A stretch of DNA of 64,000 bases from a bacterium (GCA_030647355.1 JAUSIS010000004.1:68066-132065), one strand, 5' to 3'. Numbered from the stretch's first letter, positions 48,957 through 60,233 are shown. A program made the numbers and translations. The notes: generated by a model from the letters alone, not told the origin.

Positions 48957-49676
48957 TTATACCAGTTGTGTTACAAAGTAGATAAATATGACGCCAATAA
49001 TAGTCATAGCAATGGTTTTATAGGAAGAATCCTTGCTGTGAGCTTCGGGTAGTACATCTCCTAAGCTAATATATAGTAGTGAGCCGGCAAAGAATCCGAG
49101 ATATAGAACGAGCCAAGGATTGGAAAATTTAAATAAGAGCGTCGATAATGCACCTAATACAGGCGCAATTGCATCCAAGAATATCATGATTAAAGTCTTT
49201 CTTCTATTATTTCTACTGGCGAGCATAAGCGAACCGGTATTTAAACCATCAGCAAAATCATGGCCAATTACCGCGATGGCAATTACTACTCCAACACCGG
49301 GAGAGATTTGAAAACCCAAACCAATGCCAACGCCATCTAAAAATGAATGGGCGATTAGAGCAAGAGCCGAAAGGATACCGACTGACGGGTGTTTGTGTTC
49401 TTTATAACTGCCTTCCTGGCTGCCATGTATAAGCAAGGCCTTTTCTGCAATATGCAAGAGAAGAAGACCAACAACAAAAGCGAGCATGGGCAACATAATA
49501 TCAATATGATTTTGCTCGACTAATTCAAATATCTCGGGAAGAATATCGAAAGCAACTAAACCGATGATTACCCCAGCAGTGAAACCTAAAATAATATTGA
49601 GGCGATGTTTATATTTTATACTAGTCAATCCCCCAAGGAGTGTTGATAGAAATGTGAGAGCTGCGGCAATAATCAT
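48957..49676 (-). CDS. ZIP family metal transporter
   Basis: AHSFLDG, GHDFADG, LPEAH motifs. Confidence 0.88.
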   Translation of the reverse strand: MIIAAALTFLSTLLGGLTSIKYKHRLNIILGFTAGVIIGLVAFDILPEIFELVEQNHIDIMLPMLAFVVGLLLLHIAEKALLIHGSQEGSYKEHKHPSVGILSALALIAHSFLDGVGIGLGFQISPGVGVVIAIAVIGHDFADGLNTGSLMLASRNNRRKTLIMIFLDAIAPVLGALSTLLFKFSNPWLVLYLGFFAGSLLYISLGDVLPEAHSKDSSYKTIAMTIIGVIFIYFVTQLV

Positions 49677-49871
49677 ATATACATTTTAGCACATTTACTA
49701 TTTTACCTTCAAGGGAGATATTGGATAAAACGATCATTTTTTTAGATAACCTTATATCAAAAAAGTTATGTTGACATAATTACTAAAATTGAATTTTTTG
49801 AAGTAAAATAAACGACATAACGTTGAAATGCAGGTTAAATTCATGTATTATTCAATCAGCTTAGGAAAACG

Positions 49872-52304
49872 ATGATTGAAGAATTACCAAAAAATTACGA
49901 CTCTCAAGCGAGGGAGAAATACTGGCAAGATTTTTGGGATGAGAAAAATATTTTCAAGTTTGACCAAGACAAAGATGGGGAGATTTTTTCTATTGATACG
50001 CCGCCGCCTTATGTGTCAGCCGCTCATTTACATGTCGGTCATGCAATGAGCTATACGCAGGCAGAATTTGTGGTGCGATATAAAAGAATGATGGGTTATA
50101 ATGTTTTTTATCCGATGGGATTTGATGATAATGGACTGCCAACCGAGCGTTTCGTGGAAAAAAAATACAAAATTGATAAATCCAAGATTTCTAAAAAAGA
50201 ATTTATAGAACTGTGCTTGAAAGAAACAAAAGAAGGCGGCGAGACATATAAAAAATTCTGGAAGCGGCTAGGGATAAGCGTGGATTGGTCATTACTTTAC
50301 AGTACTATTGACGAGCGTTGTCAGAGAACCGCTCAGAGATCATTTATTGATCTTTATAATAAGGGTCTGATTGAGCGCAAAGAAGAACCGGTGATTTGGT
50401 GTCCTGAATGTCAGACTGCCCTATCGCAATCGGATCTGGAAGATTTAGAGCAGAAAACATATCTAAATTACATCAATTTCCAATTTGAGGACGGTAAAAC
50501 GGCACCGATTGCCACAACTCGACCGGAATTATTGCCAGCATGCGTTGCATTATATGCTAACCCGAAAGATGAAAGATATGAAAAGTATATCGGTAAAAAA
50601 GCAATTGTCCCAATATTTAATTACGAAGTACCAGTTATAGCTGATGAGAAAGTTGATATGGATTTCGGAACAGGGCTGATGATGGTTTGTACATTTGGCG
50701 ACACAGAAGATATTGAAAGATGGAAGAGTGATAAATTGATGACAAGAATAGCGATTGATAAAACCGGGTGTTTGACTTCGGTCGCCGGTGAATTTTCAGG
50801 TCTTTCAATTAAAAAAGGGCGGGAGGCAATACTGCAAACTCTGAAAGAGAAACTTCTACTTATAAAGCAAGAGGATATAGAAAATGTCTGTAATGTGCAT
50901 GAGAGATGCGGAACAATTTCGGAATTTATTATTACGCCACAGTGGTTCATTAAAGTAGTAGATCATAAAAAAGACTGGATTAAACGGGGTAATGAGTTGA
51001 AGTGGTTCCCCAAGTTTATGAAGGTGAAGTATGACGCTTGGGTAGAGGGATTGAAATGGGACTGGTGTATTTCCAGACAAAGATATTATGGAGTACCATT
51101 CCCTGTCTGGTATTGCGACAAGTGTAAGAAAGTTATTCTGCCAGAGGATAAAGATTTGCCGGTTGATCCGACAACAGATTCATGTTTGAAAGTGTGCGAC
51201 TGCGGTACTAAAGATTTAAAACCGGAAATTGACGTGATGGATACTTGGATGACATCATCTTTGACTCCACTTATTAATGCTTCCTGGAAATATCCAAAAG
51301 AGAAAAGCCTGATGGATAAGATTTATCCGATGAATTTGAGAGTCCAGGCATTTGAAATTATTCGAACGTGGCTATTTTACACAATAGTGAAATCGCATTA
51401 CCACACAGATACCCTGCCCTGGAATGATGTGATGATTTCCGGCTGGGGCTTGGATGAGAAGGGTAGAAAGATAAGTAAGTCGCTAGGTAATTTTATCGAC
51501 CCCGAGACAATTATCGAACAATATTCAGCCGATGCTCTGCGTTTTTGGTCAGCCGAATCTACTTTGGGACAGAATCTTCGCTACAACGAGGAGGAAGTAA
51601 AAGTCGGTAAGAGAACTATCACCAAACTTTGGAATGCATCTAAGCTTGTAATAAGTCATTTGCAAGACTACCAGCATAACCTGGCAATACCGAGGGAGCT
51701 TGAGATTGAGGATAAATGGATCCTTAGCGAGCTAGAAAAATCACTCACTTTGTACCATAAACATTTTAGTCATTACGAATATGCCAAAGCCAAGGATGCC
51801 ATTAATACTTTCTTTTGGGATAGATTCTGCGATTATTATCTAGAATTAGTGAAATACAGACTATATGGAGATGATATTAGCGCTGAATCTAAACTTTCTG
51901 CTCAATGGACGCTGTATACCGCACTGCTAGCGATTTTAAAGATGTTCGCACCAATCATGCCCTTTATTTCTGAAGAGATATATCAGCTTTACTTCAAAGG
52001 GCAGGAGAAACTAGAAAGCATCCATATTAGTCAACTGCCAACCGCTGATGAGAGATTACGAAGCGATAAAGCAATTGAAGAGTTTGAAGATATTTTAAGA
52101 ATAGTCCAAGAGGTAAGGAAGTATAAAGCAAACAAAAATTACTCAATAAAAAAAGAGCTTAAAGAATTGGTGGTGGAAATGCCCGCCGAAAAACTTAGGG
52201 AATACGAAAAATTATTGAAAGCGGTTTTATCTTTTGGAAAAATTACTGCCGGGAAGGGCAATCTGGATCTGGGGGAAGATATTAAGATCTCAATAATAGA
52301 ATAG
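49872..52304 (+). CDS. valS: Valine--tRNA ligase (archaeal-type)
   Basis: DTPPPY, HVGH, GFDDNGLPTER, DWCISRQR, KISKS. Confidence 0.93.
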   Translation: MIEELPKNYDSQAREKYWQDFWDEKNIFKFDQDKDGEIFSIDTPPPYVSAAHLHVGHAMSYTQAEFVVRYKRMMGYNVFYPMGFDDNGLPTERFVEKKYKIDKSKISKKEFIELCLKETKEGGETYKKFWKRLGISVDWSLLYSTIDERCQRTAQRSFIDLYNKGLIERKEEPVIWCPECQTALSQSDLEDLEQKTYLNYINFQFEDGKTAPIATTRPELLPACVALYANPKDERYEKYIGKKAIVPIFNYEVPVIADEKVDMDFGTGLMMVCTFGDTEDIERWKSDKLMTRIAIDKTGCLTSVAGEFSGLSIKKGREAILQTLKEKLLLIKQEDIENVCNVHERCGTISEFIITPQWFIKVVDHKKDWIKRGNELKWFPKFMKVKYDAWVEGLKWDWCISRQRYYGVPFPVWYCDKCKKVILPEDKDLPVDPTTDSCLKVCDCGTKDLKPEIDVMDTWMTSSLTPLINASWKYPKEKSLMDKIYPMNLRVQAFEIIRTWLFYTIVKSHYHTDTLPWNDVMISGWGLDEKGRKISKSLGNFIDPETIIEQYSADALRFWSAESTLGQNLRYNEEEVKVGKRTITKLWNASKLVISHLQDYQHNLAIPRELEIEDKWILSELEKSLTLYHKHFSHYEYAKAKDAINTFFWDRFCDYYLELVKYRLYGDDISAESKLSAQWTLYTALLAILKMFAPIMPFISEEIYQLYFKGQEKLESIHISQLPTADERLRSDKAIEEFEDILRIVQEVRKYKANKNYSIKKELKELVVEMPAEKLREYEKLLKAVLSFGKITAGKGNLDLGEDIKISIIE

Positions 52305-52621
52305 ATTATTCACTAGAAGGAATAAAAGCTTGACTGGTGAGATTATAATTCACTAGAGCACCAGTTTTAGATTCAGCCAAATAGGCCGCCGCGGATATAG
52401 CCAAAAATCATCAATAAAATGAATGGGGTAGTGAAAAGTAATCTTTTGAGTATAATTCCCTCCTTGATTGTATGATAATGGATTATCGTGACCACCGTAA
52501 TCCCAATAAGACTTTGGAACGTTTGATCGCACAAGTCCTTTCAATAAAGGATAAACTTGTAATTCATAGGTGACAATTCTAATATAGAAGAGGATCGGTT
52601 CTTTGAAGTGAATGAGGGGAC

Positions 52622-54148
52622 TTGATGAAGCATTTCTCAAATATTTTTAAAGTAACGACAATCGGGATTTTGTTTTTTGTTGTGTTGGTTGTTTTTTTTA
52701 GCGCTGGGAAGTTTTTGGAGCCATTTCTTTTTGGCAGAGAGAAAACTGAAGTTGCCCAAGTAAAACCTCAAAAAACTATAAAGGCAAATATAGAGCCGAC
52801 CGCCACCTCCCATATTGGTGAAGAGATTAAGGCAAATACAAACCAGCCGCCGGCAAAACCTCGAGCCAGCGCAATTAAATCTAGCTCGATTGCCGGAAAA
52901 ACAGTTAGCAACTCGAACGGAAACAGAACGGTAATAGTGGCCGAAGGTAATGTATCGACAGACGAGATGCAGTCAATCGGTCAATCGGGTCCAAGTGGCA
53001 GTGATCCTTATTCTATTAAGTTTATTGACGAGACAGGTCGAAACGGAGGGTTAGAAAAATCACTGAAAGATTATTTGAATAATAAATTGAAATGGGGAGC
53101 GGAGATATCGCATCTTTATGGGATTAAATTGCTGGATGCCGGAGATACTGGCTGGGCAGGACAATATGCCGGTTCTTATACTATTGCGAGCAATGGAGAA
53201 GTAAGTAATGCGTTCGGTTGGATTAATTTGAACATTTATTATTATAAAAGTAGTCCTTATCTTTCTGATTATATGAAGCTGGTTTTATCCCATGAATATG
53301 GTCATCACTATACATTGTATTACAAATGGACTAAGTGGAAGCTGCTCTCCGGGACAAGGTTCCCAGATAATTATTATGCAGTTCGCCCACTGGGAAAGAC
53401 CTCGACTACTTTTGATTATTCTTTAGGATGGGAGAACTGTGATGCCGAGATAATTGCGGAAGATTATGCATATATTTACTCCGGATATGGTTTACAAGCC
53501 ATGAGCGGTAAATACGGTTTTCCCGCACTTCCCGCAACAACAACATGGTTAACAGACGGATTAGTTAATGGTCGGCAGGAAACAGACTCGCCACCGAATG
53601 TAGTTATTACTTCCCCGAGTAATGGAGTAAATCTAAGCGGGACAGTAAATATTATAGCTGAAGCAAGCGATGATAAGAAGGTTGCGCGAGTAGTTTTCTA
53701 TGTAGGGGGTGAGGTAGTTGCTGAGAATTCGACAACACCATATATCGCCTCTTTTAATACCTTAAGATTTGCTAATGGTTCCCATATTCTTAAAGCAATA
53801 GCATATGATGAAGCCGGGCAAACGAATCAGAATACTATCACAGTTACTTTTGAGAATATACAGCCTGATCTGGAAAAACCCAATGTGCAAATCATCGAGC
53901 CGGCAAGCGATCCATATAGTTGGATAGGACAAGATTTACGGATAGAAGCTTCAGCCAGTGACAATATTCAAGTAATTAGATTGGAAATCTATATTAATGA
54001 CTATAAAGTAGCTACGGAAGATAACAATATAATTATAAGGATCTGGCCGTTTGACAATGCTCCTGCCGGTACATATGTTTTAAAAATTAAGGCCTATGAT
54101 GCGGCCGGTAATTATAATGAAAAATCTCTAGTGATTAATAAATCATAG
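52622..54148 (+). CDS. Membrane-anchored HExxH zinc metallopeptidase-like protein with two Ig-like domains
   Basis: SHEYGHH...EIIAEDY; two ASDD/ASDN...KAYDxAG Ig-like repeats. Confidence 0.75.
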   Translation: MMKHFSNIFKVTTIGILFFVVLVVFFSAGKFLEPFLFGREKTEVAQVKPQKTIKANIEPTATSHIGEEIKANTNQPPAKPRASAIKSSSIAGKTVSNSNGNRTVIVAEGNVSTDEMQSIGQSGPSGSDPYSIKFIDETGRNGGLEKSLKDYLNNKLKWGAEISHLYGIKLLDAGDTGWAGQYAGSYTIASNGEVSNAFGWINLNIYYYKSSPYLSDYMKLVLSHEYGHHYTLYYKWTKWKLLSGTRFPDNYYAVRPLGKTSTTFDYSLGWENCDAEIIAEDYAYIYSGYGLQAMSGKYGFPALPATTTWLTDGLVNGRQETDSPPNVVITSPSNGVNLSGTVNIIAEASDDKKVARVVFYVGGEVVAENSTTPYIASFNTLRFANGSHILKAIAYDEAGQTNQNTITVTFENIQPDLEKPNVQIIEPASDPYSWIGQDLRIEASASDNIQVIRLEIYINDYKVATEDNNIIIRIWPFDNAPAGTYVLKIKAYDAAGNYNEKSLVINKS

Positions 54149-54209
54149 GATTTAGGATGCCTTGTTAATTATTTAATGTAAAGTGCTATGATAATGACAA
54201 GGATTAATT

Positions 54210-54677
54210 ATGGATGAGAAACTAATAAATCTAAAAGCGCCGGCATTTACTCTGCCGTCGAGTGAAAAGAAACCAATCTCTTCGAGAGATTACAGAGGTA
54301 AATTGCTTGTTGTTTTTTTCTACGAGAAGGATGGTACAAGCAGTTCTATTCTTGAAACTGAAGCGTTCAAAGATAAGTATTGGGAATTGGTTGATGAAAA
54401 CGCGGCGGTATTGGGGATCAGTAATGATGCTATGAAAAGCCACCATCGTTTCATTGAAACGCACGATTTGCCATATCCCCTTTTGAGCGATATGAAGCAT
54501 GAAGTAGCGGAAAATTATGGAGTCTGGCTGCAAAAAACAATGTACGGAAAACAGCATTGGGGAATGGAGCAAGTCACTTTTGTTATTGATAAAGATCAAA
54601 TTATACGGGGGATTCTCCGCAATTTAAAACCGCATGAGCATGTGGAAAAGTCATTAGAGATAATAAAAGATTTGTAA
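54210..54677 (+). CDS. BCP/PrxQ-like peroxiredoxin-fold protein lacking catalytic cysteine
   Basis: APAFTLP, FFYEKDGT, VLGISND, PLLSD, YGVW...MYGK, TFVID motifs; no Cys. Confidence 0.8.
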   Translation: MDEKLINLKAPAFTLPSSEKKPISSRDYRGKLLVVFFYEKDGTSSSILETEAFKDKYWELVDENAAVLGISNDAMKSHHRFIETHDLPYPLLSDMKHEVAENYGVWLQKTMYGKQHWGMEQVTFVIDKDQIIRGILRNLKPHEHVEKSLEIIKDL

Positions 54678-54678
54678 C

Positions 54679-55827
54679 TTATTTTTGAGCTTCAAAATAT
54701 TTCGCATATTGACTGATACTTTTCAAAAGTGAGTATTTGTTTTTGGCAATCAAAAAGGAGTTGTGGCCGAACTCTTTGGTTTTCTGTGGATTGTTGCGCA
54801 GAAAATCCACTTTAGCAATCATTTGAATGAGGTTTTGGGCAATAAAGCCATTTTTGCCGGTTTCGACGCAGTCTTCCGCTAAACCGATCGGGAATGAAAT
54901 GATTGGCATACTACTTGCCATAGCTTGGATTACCGGAAGAGTACGAGTTTCGTAGCGGGCGGTTTGCACATAGATATCACCGCGATGAAATAGGTGTTTT
55001 ATATGCTCGGATGTGGGATTTTCCACAATAATCGCTCCCCTCTTTTGAAAAAGCCGTTTGTATGCGGGATCATTGGTGCTAAGAATGACCAGTTTTTGTA
55101 GTTCACGTATACGCTGAAAGGTTTCCATAATTCGATCCACCCCTTGAGCCAGGAAGTCAGATAGACCATGGTGGAGATCGGCATAATAGATTAGTAATGG
55201 TTTAGTTCTGTCTATTTCGCTAAATAGCCCGTCACATTGACTACATGGCTCTTGATTTGTGAACCAATCCTCTTCCACTCCGTAGGGAATCACGGTGATT
55301 CTTTGCGGTTCGATATCATAATAACGAATTAAATCCTCTTTGGCGTTTCGATTAGGGACGACGAGGGAGAATTTTGTGCGGCAAATTGTTTCCTGCGCTT
55401 CTTTAATAATTCGGTAGTACTCTTCCTTAACATTTTCAAAATTGATACCGACGGATTTTGCTTCCTCAAGATTCTTTTTTAGAGCTATTACCTCTTCCCC
55501 ATATTCAGGACGATCTATTATCCTTTTGAGGGCTTCAGCGACATAGGTGACATTGACGACATGGCGAGAGGGACTCTCTAGAAAGGGTAAGCTATTCATT
55601 GGGGATCCGTAGATTAAGTCTGATTTGGATATCTCCTGCCAGAATTTGGATAGAGAAAAGGCGCGGCAGATAGGCCCTAAGAAATCCAGTTTTTCCCACC
55701 CCTCGGTGACCGGTTCAAATAGGTTAACAGAATAACCTTGCTGTGAAAGAGGCGCAACGAGATTTCGATGAAATTGGTTATAATCGGCGCCATCAACGGC
55801 AGATTCCTGCAACAGAGCAAGACGCAC
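54679..55827 (-). CDS. Glycosyltransferase family 4 (GT-B)-like protein
   Basis: ITVIPYGV, DIYVQTARYE...QAMASSMPII, GKNGFI. Confidence 0.75.
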   Translation of the reverse strand: MRLALLQESAVDGADYNQFHRNLVAPLSQQGYSVNLFEPVTEGWEKLDFLGPICRAFSLSKFWQEISKSDLIYGSPMNSLPFLESPSRHVVNVTYVAEALKRIIDRPEYGEEVIALKKNLEEAKSVGINFENVKEEYYRIIKEAQETICRTKFSLVVPNRNAKEDLIRYYDIEPQRITVIPYGVEEDWFTNQEPCSQCDGLFSEIDRTKPLLIYYADLHHGLSDFLAQGVDRIMETFQRIRELQKLVILSTNDPAYKRLFQKRGAIIVENPTSEHIKHLFHRGDIYVQTARYETRTLPVIQAMASSMPIISFPIGLAEDCVETGKNGFIAQNLIQMIAKVDFLRNNPQKTKEFGHNSFLIAKNKYSLLKSISQYAKYFEAQK

Positions 55828-55855
55828 TTTTTCTCCTTAATTTTGTATTAAAGAA

Positions 55856-56944
55856 TTATTTCAATAAATAATCTTTTAACCGACTACTGTCTTCGTGTTT
55901 TTTTAATTTTTGCAGAGCTTTGGCTTCAATTTGTCGAATTCTTTCGCGCGTGACACCAAATTCTTTACCTACTTCTTCCAGAGTATGCGTTTTGCCGTCT
56001 TCCAGACCAAAACGCATCTTTAAAATACGCTGTTCCCGTGGAGAGAGATAGTGAAGAAATTCGGTAATGTGACCTTTTAACAGCTGATAGATAGCCGATT
56101 CTTCCGGCGAGAGACTGTCTTTATCTTCGAGAAAATCACCCAGACGAGAATCTTCCTCTTCACCGACAGGCGCTTCAAGAGATACAGTTTCCTGTGAAAT
56201 TTTTAGTATATTTTCGACTTTATCAACTTCAATACCCATCTCGGCGGCGATTTCCTCGGGCAGGGGTTCTCGGCCGAGATCCTGAACAAGCTGGCGCTGG
56301 ACACGAATCAGTCGGTTGATAGTTTCCACCATATGGACAGGAATACGGATAGTTCTTGCCTGATCGGCGATAGCGCGCGTGATGGCTTGCCGTATCCACC
56401 AGGTTGCATAAGTGGAAAATTTATAACCTTTATGATAATCAAATTTTTCAACTGCCCTGAGCAGACCAGTATTTCCTTCCTGAATCAAATCGAGTAAGGA
56501 CAAACCTCGTCCAATGTATTTTTTGGCGATAGAAACGACGAGGCGCAGATTGGCTTCGGCAAGGCGCTTCTTGGCAGTTTCGTCGCCTTGAGCAATCCTT
56601 TTAGCTAGCCGGATTTCATCTTCAGAATTGAGAAGCGAAATGCGGCCAATTTCGCGCAAATACATTCTCACCGAGTCATCGGATATATCGGAGGTTTCGG
56701 CGACTTTTTCTTTTTCTTGGCCCGGCAGTTCCAGAAGCCGTTTAGGTTCGCGAATTTCAATGCCTTGACGATTTAAATATTCATAACAAGCATCAACAAT
56801 CGGGACATCTTCTTCGGCACTGGGCATAGCTTGCTCTATTTCCTGATAAGTAACAAAACCATGGGCTTTGCCTTTTTTGATAAGAGTTTCAATTGGTTCG
56901 GGAAATTCTATTTCCGGTTCTGCTTTGATAATTTTCTTGGTCAT
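55856..56944 (-). CDS. rpoD: Primary RNA polymerase sigma factor
   Basis: [44 protein letters not shown]. Confidence 0.97.
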   Translation of the reverse strand: MTKKIIKAEPEIEFPEPIETLIKKGKAHGFVTYQEIEQAMPSAEEDVPIVDACYEYLNRQGIEIREPKRLLELPGQEKEKVAETSDISDDSVRMYLREIGRISLLNSEDEIRLAKRIAQGDETAKKRLAEANLRLVVSIAKKYIGRGLSLLDLIQEGNTGLLRAVEKFDYHKGYKFSTYATWWIRQAITRAIADQARTIRIPVHMVETINRLIRVQRQLVQDLGREPLPEEIAAEMGIEVDKVENILKISQETVSLEAPVGEEEDSRLGDFLEDKDSLSPEESAIYQLLKGHITEFLHYLSPREQRILKMRFGLEDGKTHTLEEVGKEFGVTRERIRQIEAKALQKLKKHEDSSRLKDYLLK

Positions 56945-58726
56945 TTAATTACCTCCTGGTTTTTGAAGAAAGGTCTGTAGGTCTTGAAGTAACTGCTTAA
57001 CTTTTGTTCTATCGCCTGAATCTTCGGCATTAGCGATCGCTGTGGCAAAATCCATCTTGCGATTCTCGTAATAATTTGTCTTTAGATGATCTATTGCCTG
57101 ATTGATATCCGATCGAATAGAGTCAAGGTCGTCAGGTGCGTCTAACTCGTTAGAAGGGTTGAGAGACGCATTCAATATTTTATCAATAATTAAAGTGTCA
57201 GTCTCATTTAATTGACTGCGAAGGTATGAGACTAATTTTTTGGTTTCTATATTAGATTCAGATTGATTATACCATATCTTAACCTCTTTGACAATTGGCT
57301 TATATTGCAATGAAAAATAATTTTCATTCAGCTTAGATATAAGTTTTCGGGCGGCTTTCGGATTATTCAAGAAGTGTCCAATTGCTTGTGACTCTATATC
57401 TAATTTTTCTCGGGCGGGATGTGAAGGTTGAGATGAGGGTTTGGAGACCGATTGTGATGGAGAAGATGACATGGATTGGTTTAAAATTTCTCTGGGAATG
57501 CCAAGACGGTATAGTTTGTCTAAATAGTGAGTTTTTTCTATTTGGTCGGGGATTTTGTTTATGATCGGTAGGAGACGGGAGGCAATTTGTTTTTTTTGGG
57601 TGCCATTTAGAGTAGCCGAGTCGGTATCATATATAGAGAAAGCGCGGTTGATATGCCATTCAATTGCCGGAATGGCTGATTTGACGATTTTCGGCCAAAG
57701 AGACGGTTCTTTTTCAATAATTTCTCCCGCATCTTTGAAATTTTCAGGAAAAACAATAACGTCTGTTATATAGTTTTCGGTTAACGCCATGTCTATCACT
57801 TTTTCAGTAGCTTTTTGACCGGCTTCGTCATTGTCAAAAGCTAAAATAAAACGCTGGGCGTAGCGGTACATTATCTTGAGATGGTCGAGAGTTAAAGCGG
57901 TACCCGAGGAGGCGACAGTATTTTGAATACCGGCTTGATGGGAAGAGACGACATCCATCTGTCCTTCGACGAAAATTACCGATTGATTTTGACGAAGAGC
58001 GATTTTGGCGTGGTTTAGACCATAGATTGCCCGGCTTTTGTGATAGAGAGAGGTTTCAGCAGTATTTAAATATTTTGGCCCGGATCCGTCGGGAAATTCG
58101 CGGCCGGTGAAAGCGATGACATTGCCCATAGCATCACAAATCGGGAACATTATGCGATTGACAAAACGATCCGGGCTACCGGCAGCCGAGATAGCTTGGA
58201 CGGAATAGCCCTTTTTGGTTAAGAAATCAGCTAAAGCGCGGTTGGAAGGAGCATAACCAAGCCGAAATTTCTTAATTGACTCATCGGTGATACAGCGTTT
58301 ATAGAGGTATTCTTTGGCTTTGCTACCAGATGGATGGTTGGTGAGAATCATCTGAAAATATTTAGCGGCTAAATCGTTTAGGGCAAGGAGTTGGTTTTTA
58401 TCATCTTTTGAGGCATGTTCTTGGGGATTGTAGGAGGTGAGGGCTAATTTCACGCCAGAGCGGTCGGCTAGAAATTTAATAGCTTCTGGGAAACTTAGTC
58501 CTTCCATTTTCATAATAAAAGTAAAAATATCACCGCCTTCGTTACAGCCGAAACATTTGTAGATCTGTTTTTCCGGGCTTACCATGAATGAACCGGTTCT
58601 TTCTTCGTGAAAAGGGCAGAGCGCTTTGTAGTTAGCACCCGCTTTTTTTAGCGTGACATAGTGGCTGATTAAATCAACAATTTCAATTCGACGGCGAATT
58701 TCGTCCAGTTCCTGCTCGGAGGCCAT
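56945..58726 (-). CDS. dnaG: DNA primase
   Basis: CPFH...CFGC zinc finger, PKYLNT, EGQMDV, FDND (TOPRIM); upstream of rpoD. Confidence 0.97.
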   Translation of the reverse strand: MASEQELDEIRRRIEIVDLISHYVTLKKAGANYKALCPFHEERTGSFMVSPEKQIYKCFGCNEGGDIFTFIMKMEGLSFPEAIKFLADRSGVKLALTSYNPQEHASKDDKNQLLALNDLAAKYFQMILTNHPSGSKAKEYLYKRCITDESIKKFRLGYAPSNRALADFLTKKGYSVQAISAAGSPDRFVNRIMFPICDAMGNVIAFTGREFPDGSGPKYLNTAETSLYHKSRAIYGLNHAKIALRQNQSVIFVEGQMDVVSSHQAGIQNTVASSGTALTLDHLKIMYRYAQRFILAFDNDEAGQKATEKVIDMALTENYITDVIVFPENFKDAGEIIEKEPSLWPKIVKSAIPAIEWHINRAFSIYDTDSATLNGTQKKQIASRLLPIINKIPDQIEKTHYLDKLYRLGIPREILNQSMSSSPSQSVSKPSSQPSHPAREKLDIESQAIGHFLNNPKAARKLISKLNENYFSLQYKPIVKEVKIWYNQSESNIETKKLVSYLRSQLNETDTLIIDKILNASLNPSNELDAPDDLDSIRSDINQAIDHLKTNYYENRKMDFATAIANAEDSGDRTKVKQLLQDLQTFLQKPGGN

Positions 58727-58797
58727 TTTTCTCCTTGAAAATTATCTCTGTTTCAGATATAATGTAACTATATTAATAGTAAAAGTCAAAGGATAAT

Positions 58798-59061
58798 ATG
58801 ATTATAAAGAAGAAAATTTGGACGGAATATTTCGAGAAGGTAGCAAGCGGAGAGAAGAAATTTGAGGTTCGCTTGGCTGATTTTGAAGTGAATGAAGGCG
58901 ACACTTTGGTTTTGGAGGAATGGGATCATAAAAAGAATAGGTATACCGGACGGCGGGTTGAAACAAAAGTTAGTTTTGTGGTAAAAACCAAGGAATTAAC
59001 ATTTTGGAATCAGGACGAAATTGATAAAAAGGGATATCAGATTATACAGATAGAGGTTTAA
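58798..59061 (+). CDS. DUF3850 / ASCH-PUA-like protein
   Basis: YFEKVASGEKKFEVR...GDTLVLEEW...YTGR. Confidence 0.8.
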   Translation: MIIKKKIWTEYFEKVASGEKKFEVRLADFEVNEGDTLVLEEWDHKKNRYTGRRVETKVSFVVKTKELTFWNQDEIDKKGYQIIQIEV

Positions 59062-59067
59062 TATTTG

Positions 59068-59157
59068 GGTGGGATCGCATAGCGGTCGAGTGCGCGGGCT
59101 TGGAAAGCTCGTAGGTCTGTGAGGGCCTCCAGGGTTCGAATCCCTGTCCCACCGCCA
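59068..59157 (+). tRNA. tRNA-Ser(GGA), CCA encoded
   Basis: GGTGGGA/TCCCACC-GCCA, TT GGA AA loop, long variable arm. Confidence 0.95.
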
Positions 59158-59176
59158 TTTAAAATAAAGGAGCTCT

Positions 59177-59503
59177 ATGGCCCAGTTTTTAACACCTACT
59201 CGAAGCAAAATTATTCTAGGTTTAGTCTTATTTTTAGTACTGCCTATTACTACAATTCCTATGTTTAAAGATCCATTCCAATGTGGTTTATATTCACCTA
59301 GCAAAGGATGTATGTATTATCATTGGTTACCTTTTGGAGGGATATATTTCATAACCGCTCTAATTTATGGTGGCAACCAGGCATTTATGATTACAAATAA
59401 TTACATCTATAAAGGTGGAGCTTTAATAATAGTATCTTATTTATTATCTTGTGCGGCCGTTTATATTTTTAAAAAATTATATCCTAAAAAAACCAGTAAT
59501 TAG
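59177..59503 (+). CDS. Hypothetical membrane protein (cassette 1)
   Basis: RBS aaggag; TMs; fills the space between the tRNA end and repeat 1. Confidence 0.7.
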   Translation: MAQFLTPTRSKIILGLVLFLVLPITTIPMFKDPFQCGLYSPSKGCMYYHWLPFGGIYFITALIYGGNQAFMITNNYIYKGGALIIVSYLLSCAAVYIFKKLYPKKTSN

Positions 59504-59507
59504 AAAT

Positions 59508-59536
59508 AAAGGTTCTAGACCGACATGTCCCCGCCA
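59508..59536 (+). repeat. tRNA-3'-mimic repeat 1 (AAAGGTTCTAGACCGACATGTCCCCGCCA)
   Basis: Direct repeat, four copies. Confidence 0.9.
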
Positions 59537-59608
59537 TGTGGTATTTGGTTCATGCTCTGCAATAATAGGAAACAAATTAGGTAAAACAGTATAATTGGGA
59601 GGTGAATT

Positions 59609-60211
59609 ATGGAGAATAAAATCAAACCAACCGGTTGTTGTGAGCCGTTTAACCCAGAACCATGGCAAGAAAAATTATAAACTGAACAGGTCAGTATATA
59701 TTATGAAGAAGAAATAAGAATCATCAGGGAGGAAATTATTAAGGATAAAAAAATTATTAAAATTATAACCATAATTTTACTTATATTATCTGGAATAATA
59801 TTTATACTACCAGTTAATATATTGCCGCGTTTTATATCAGAATTGGGGAGAATAATTTCTGATTATTTGAGTGGCTTTTCGCCATACGCATTAATTGCAA
59901 CAATATTAGTATTTAATTTCATTTTTTATTACCAAAAAGAGACGACGGAAAATAATCAAAGGTTGAAATCTATCTTAATCAACGTATTAAATAGTAATTT
60001 TATATGGCTTAGATTTGCCTTTAGCCTGGTCCTTACCAGCATTATCGGTTTAATATTAATGAACTATCAGCTCAACTATTATTATGGCATAATATTCTTC
60101 TACCTACTTCTTTCATTGGTAATGAAAACGCCGAATAACAAACAGAAAAATAAAATTGCGGAGAAAATTCTAGAAAATTCTGAGGTATACCGTCATCCGG
60201 AAAACAATTAA
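59609..60211 (+). pseudogene. Chimeric remnant: 23-aa N-terminal fragment (MENKIKPTGCCEPFNPEPWQEKL*) followed in frame by a startless membrane-protein ORF
   Basis: TATAAT + ggagg + ATG 59609, TAA 59678-59680, frame open 59681-60211. Confidence 0.55.
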
Positions 60212-60233
60212 TATATGAAAGACCGGATATCTA

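Noticed and set aside
52353-52640. 95-aa minus-strand ORF between valS and the metallopeptidase
   Set aside because: No recognisable motif or convincing RBS, and it overlaps the next gene's start; cannot be supported.
58996-59304. Antisense ORFs over tRNAs and long genes (e.g. 58996-59304, 20450-20656, 5432-7039)
   Set aside because: Shadow frames of well-supported genes or tRNAs on the opposite strand.
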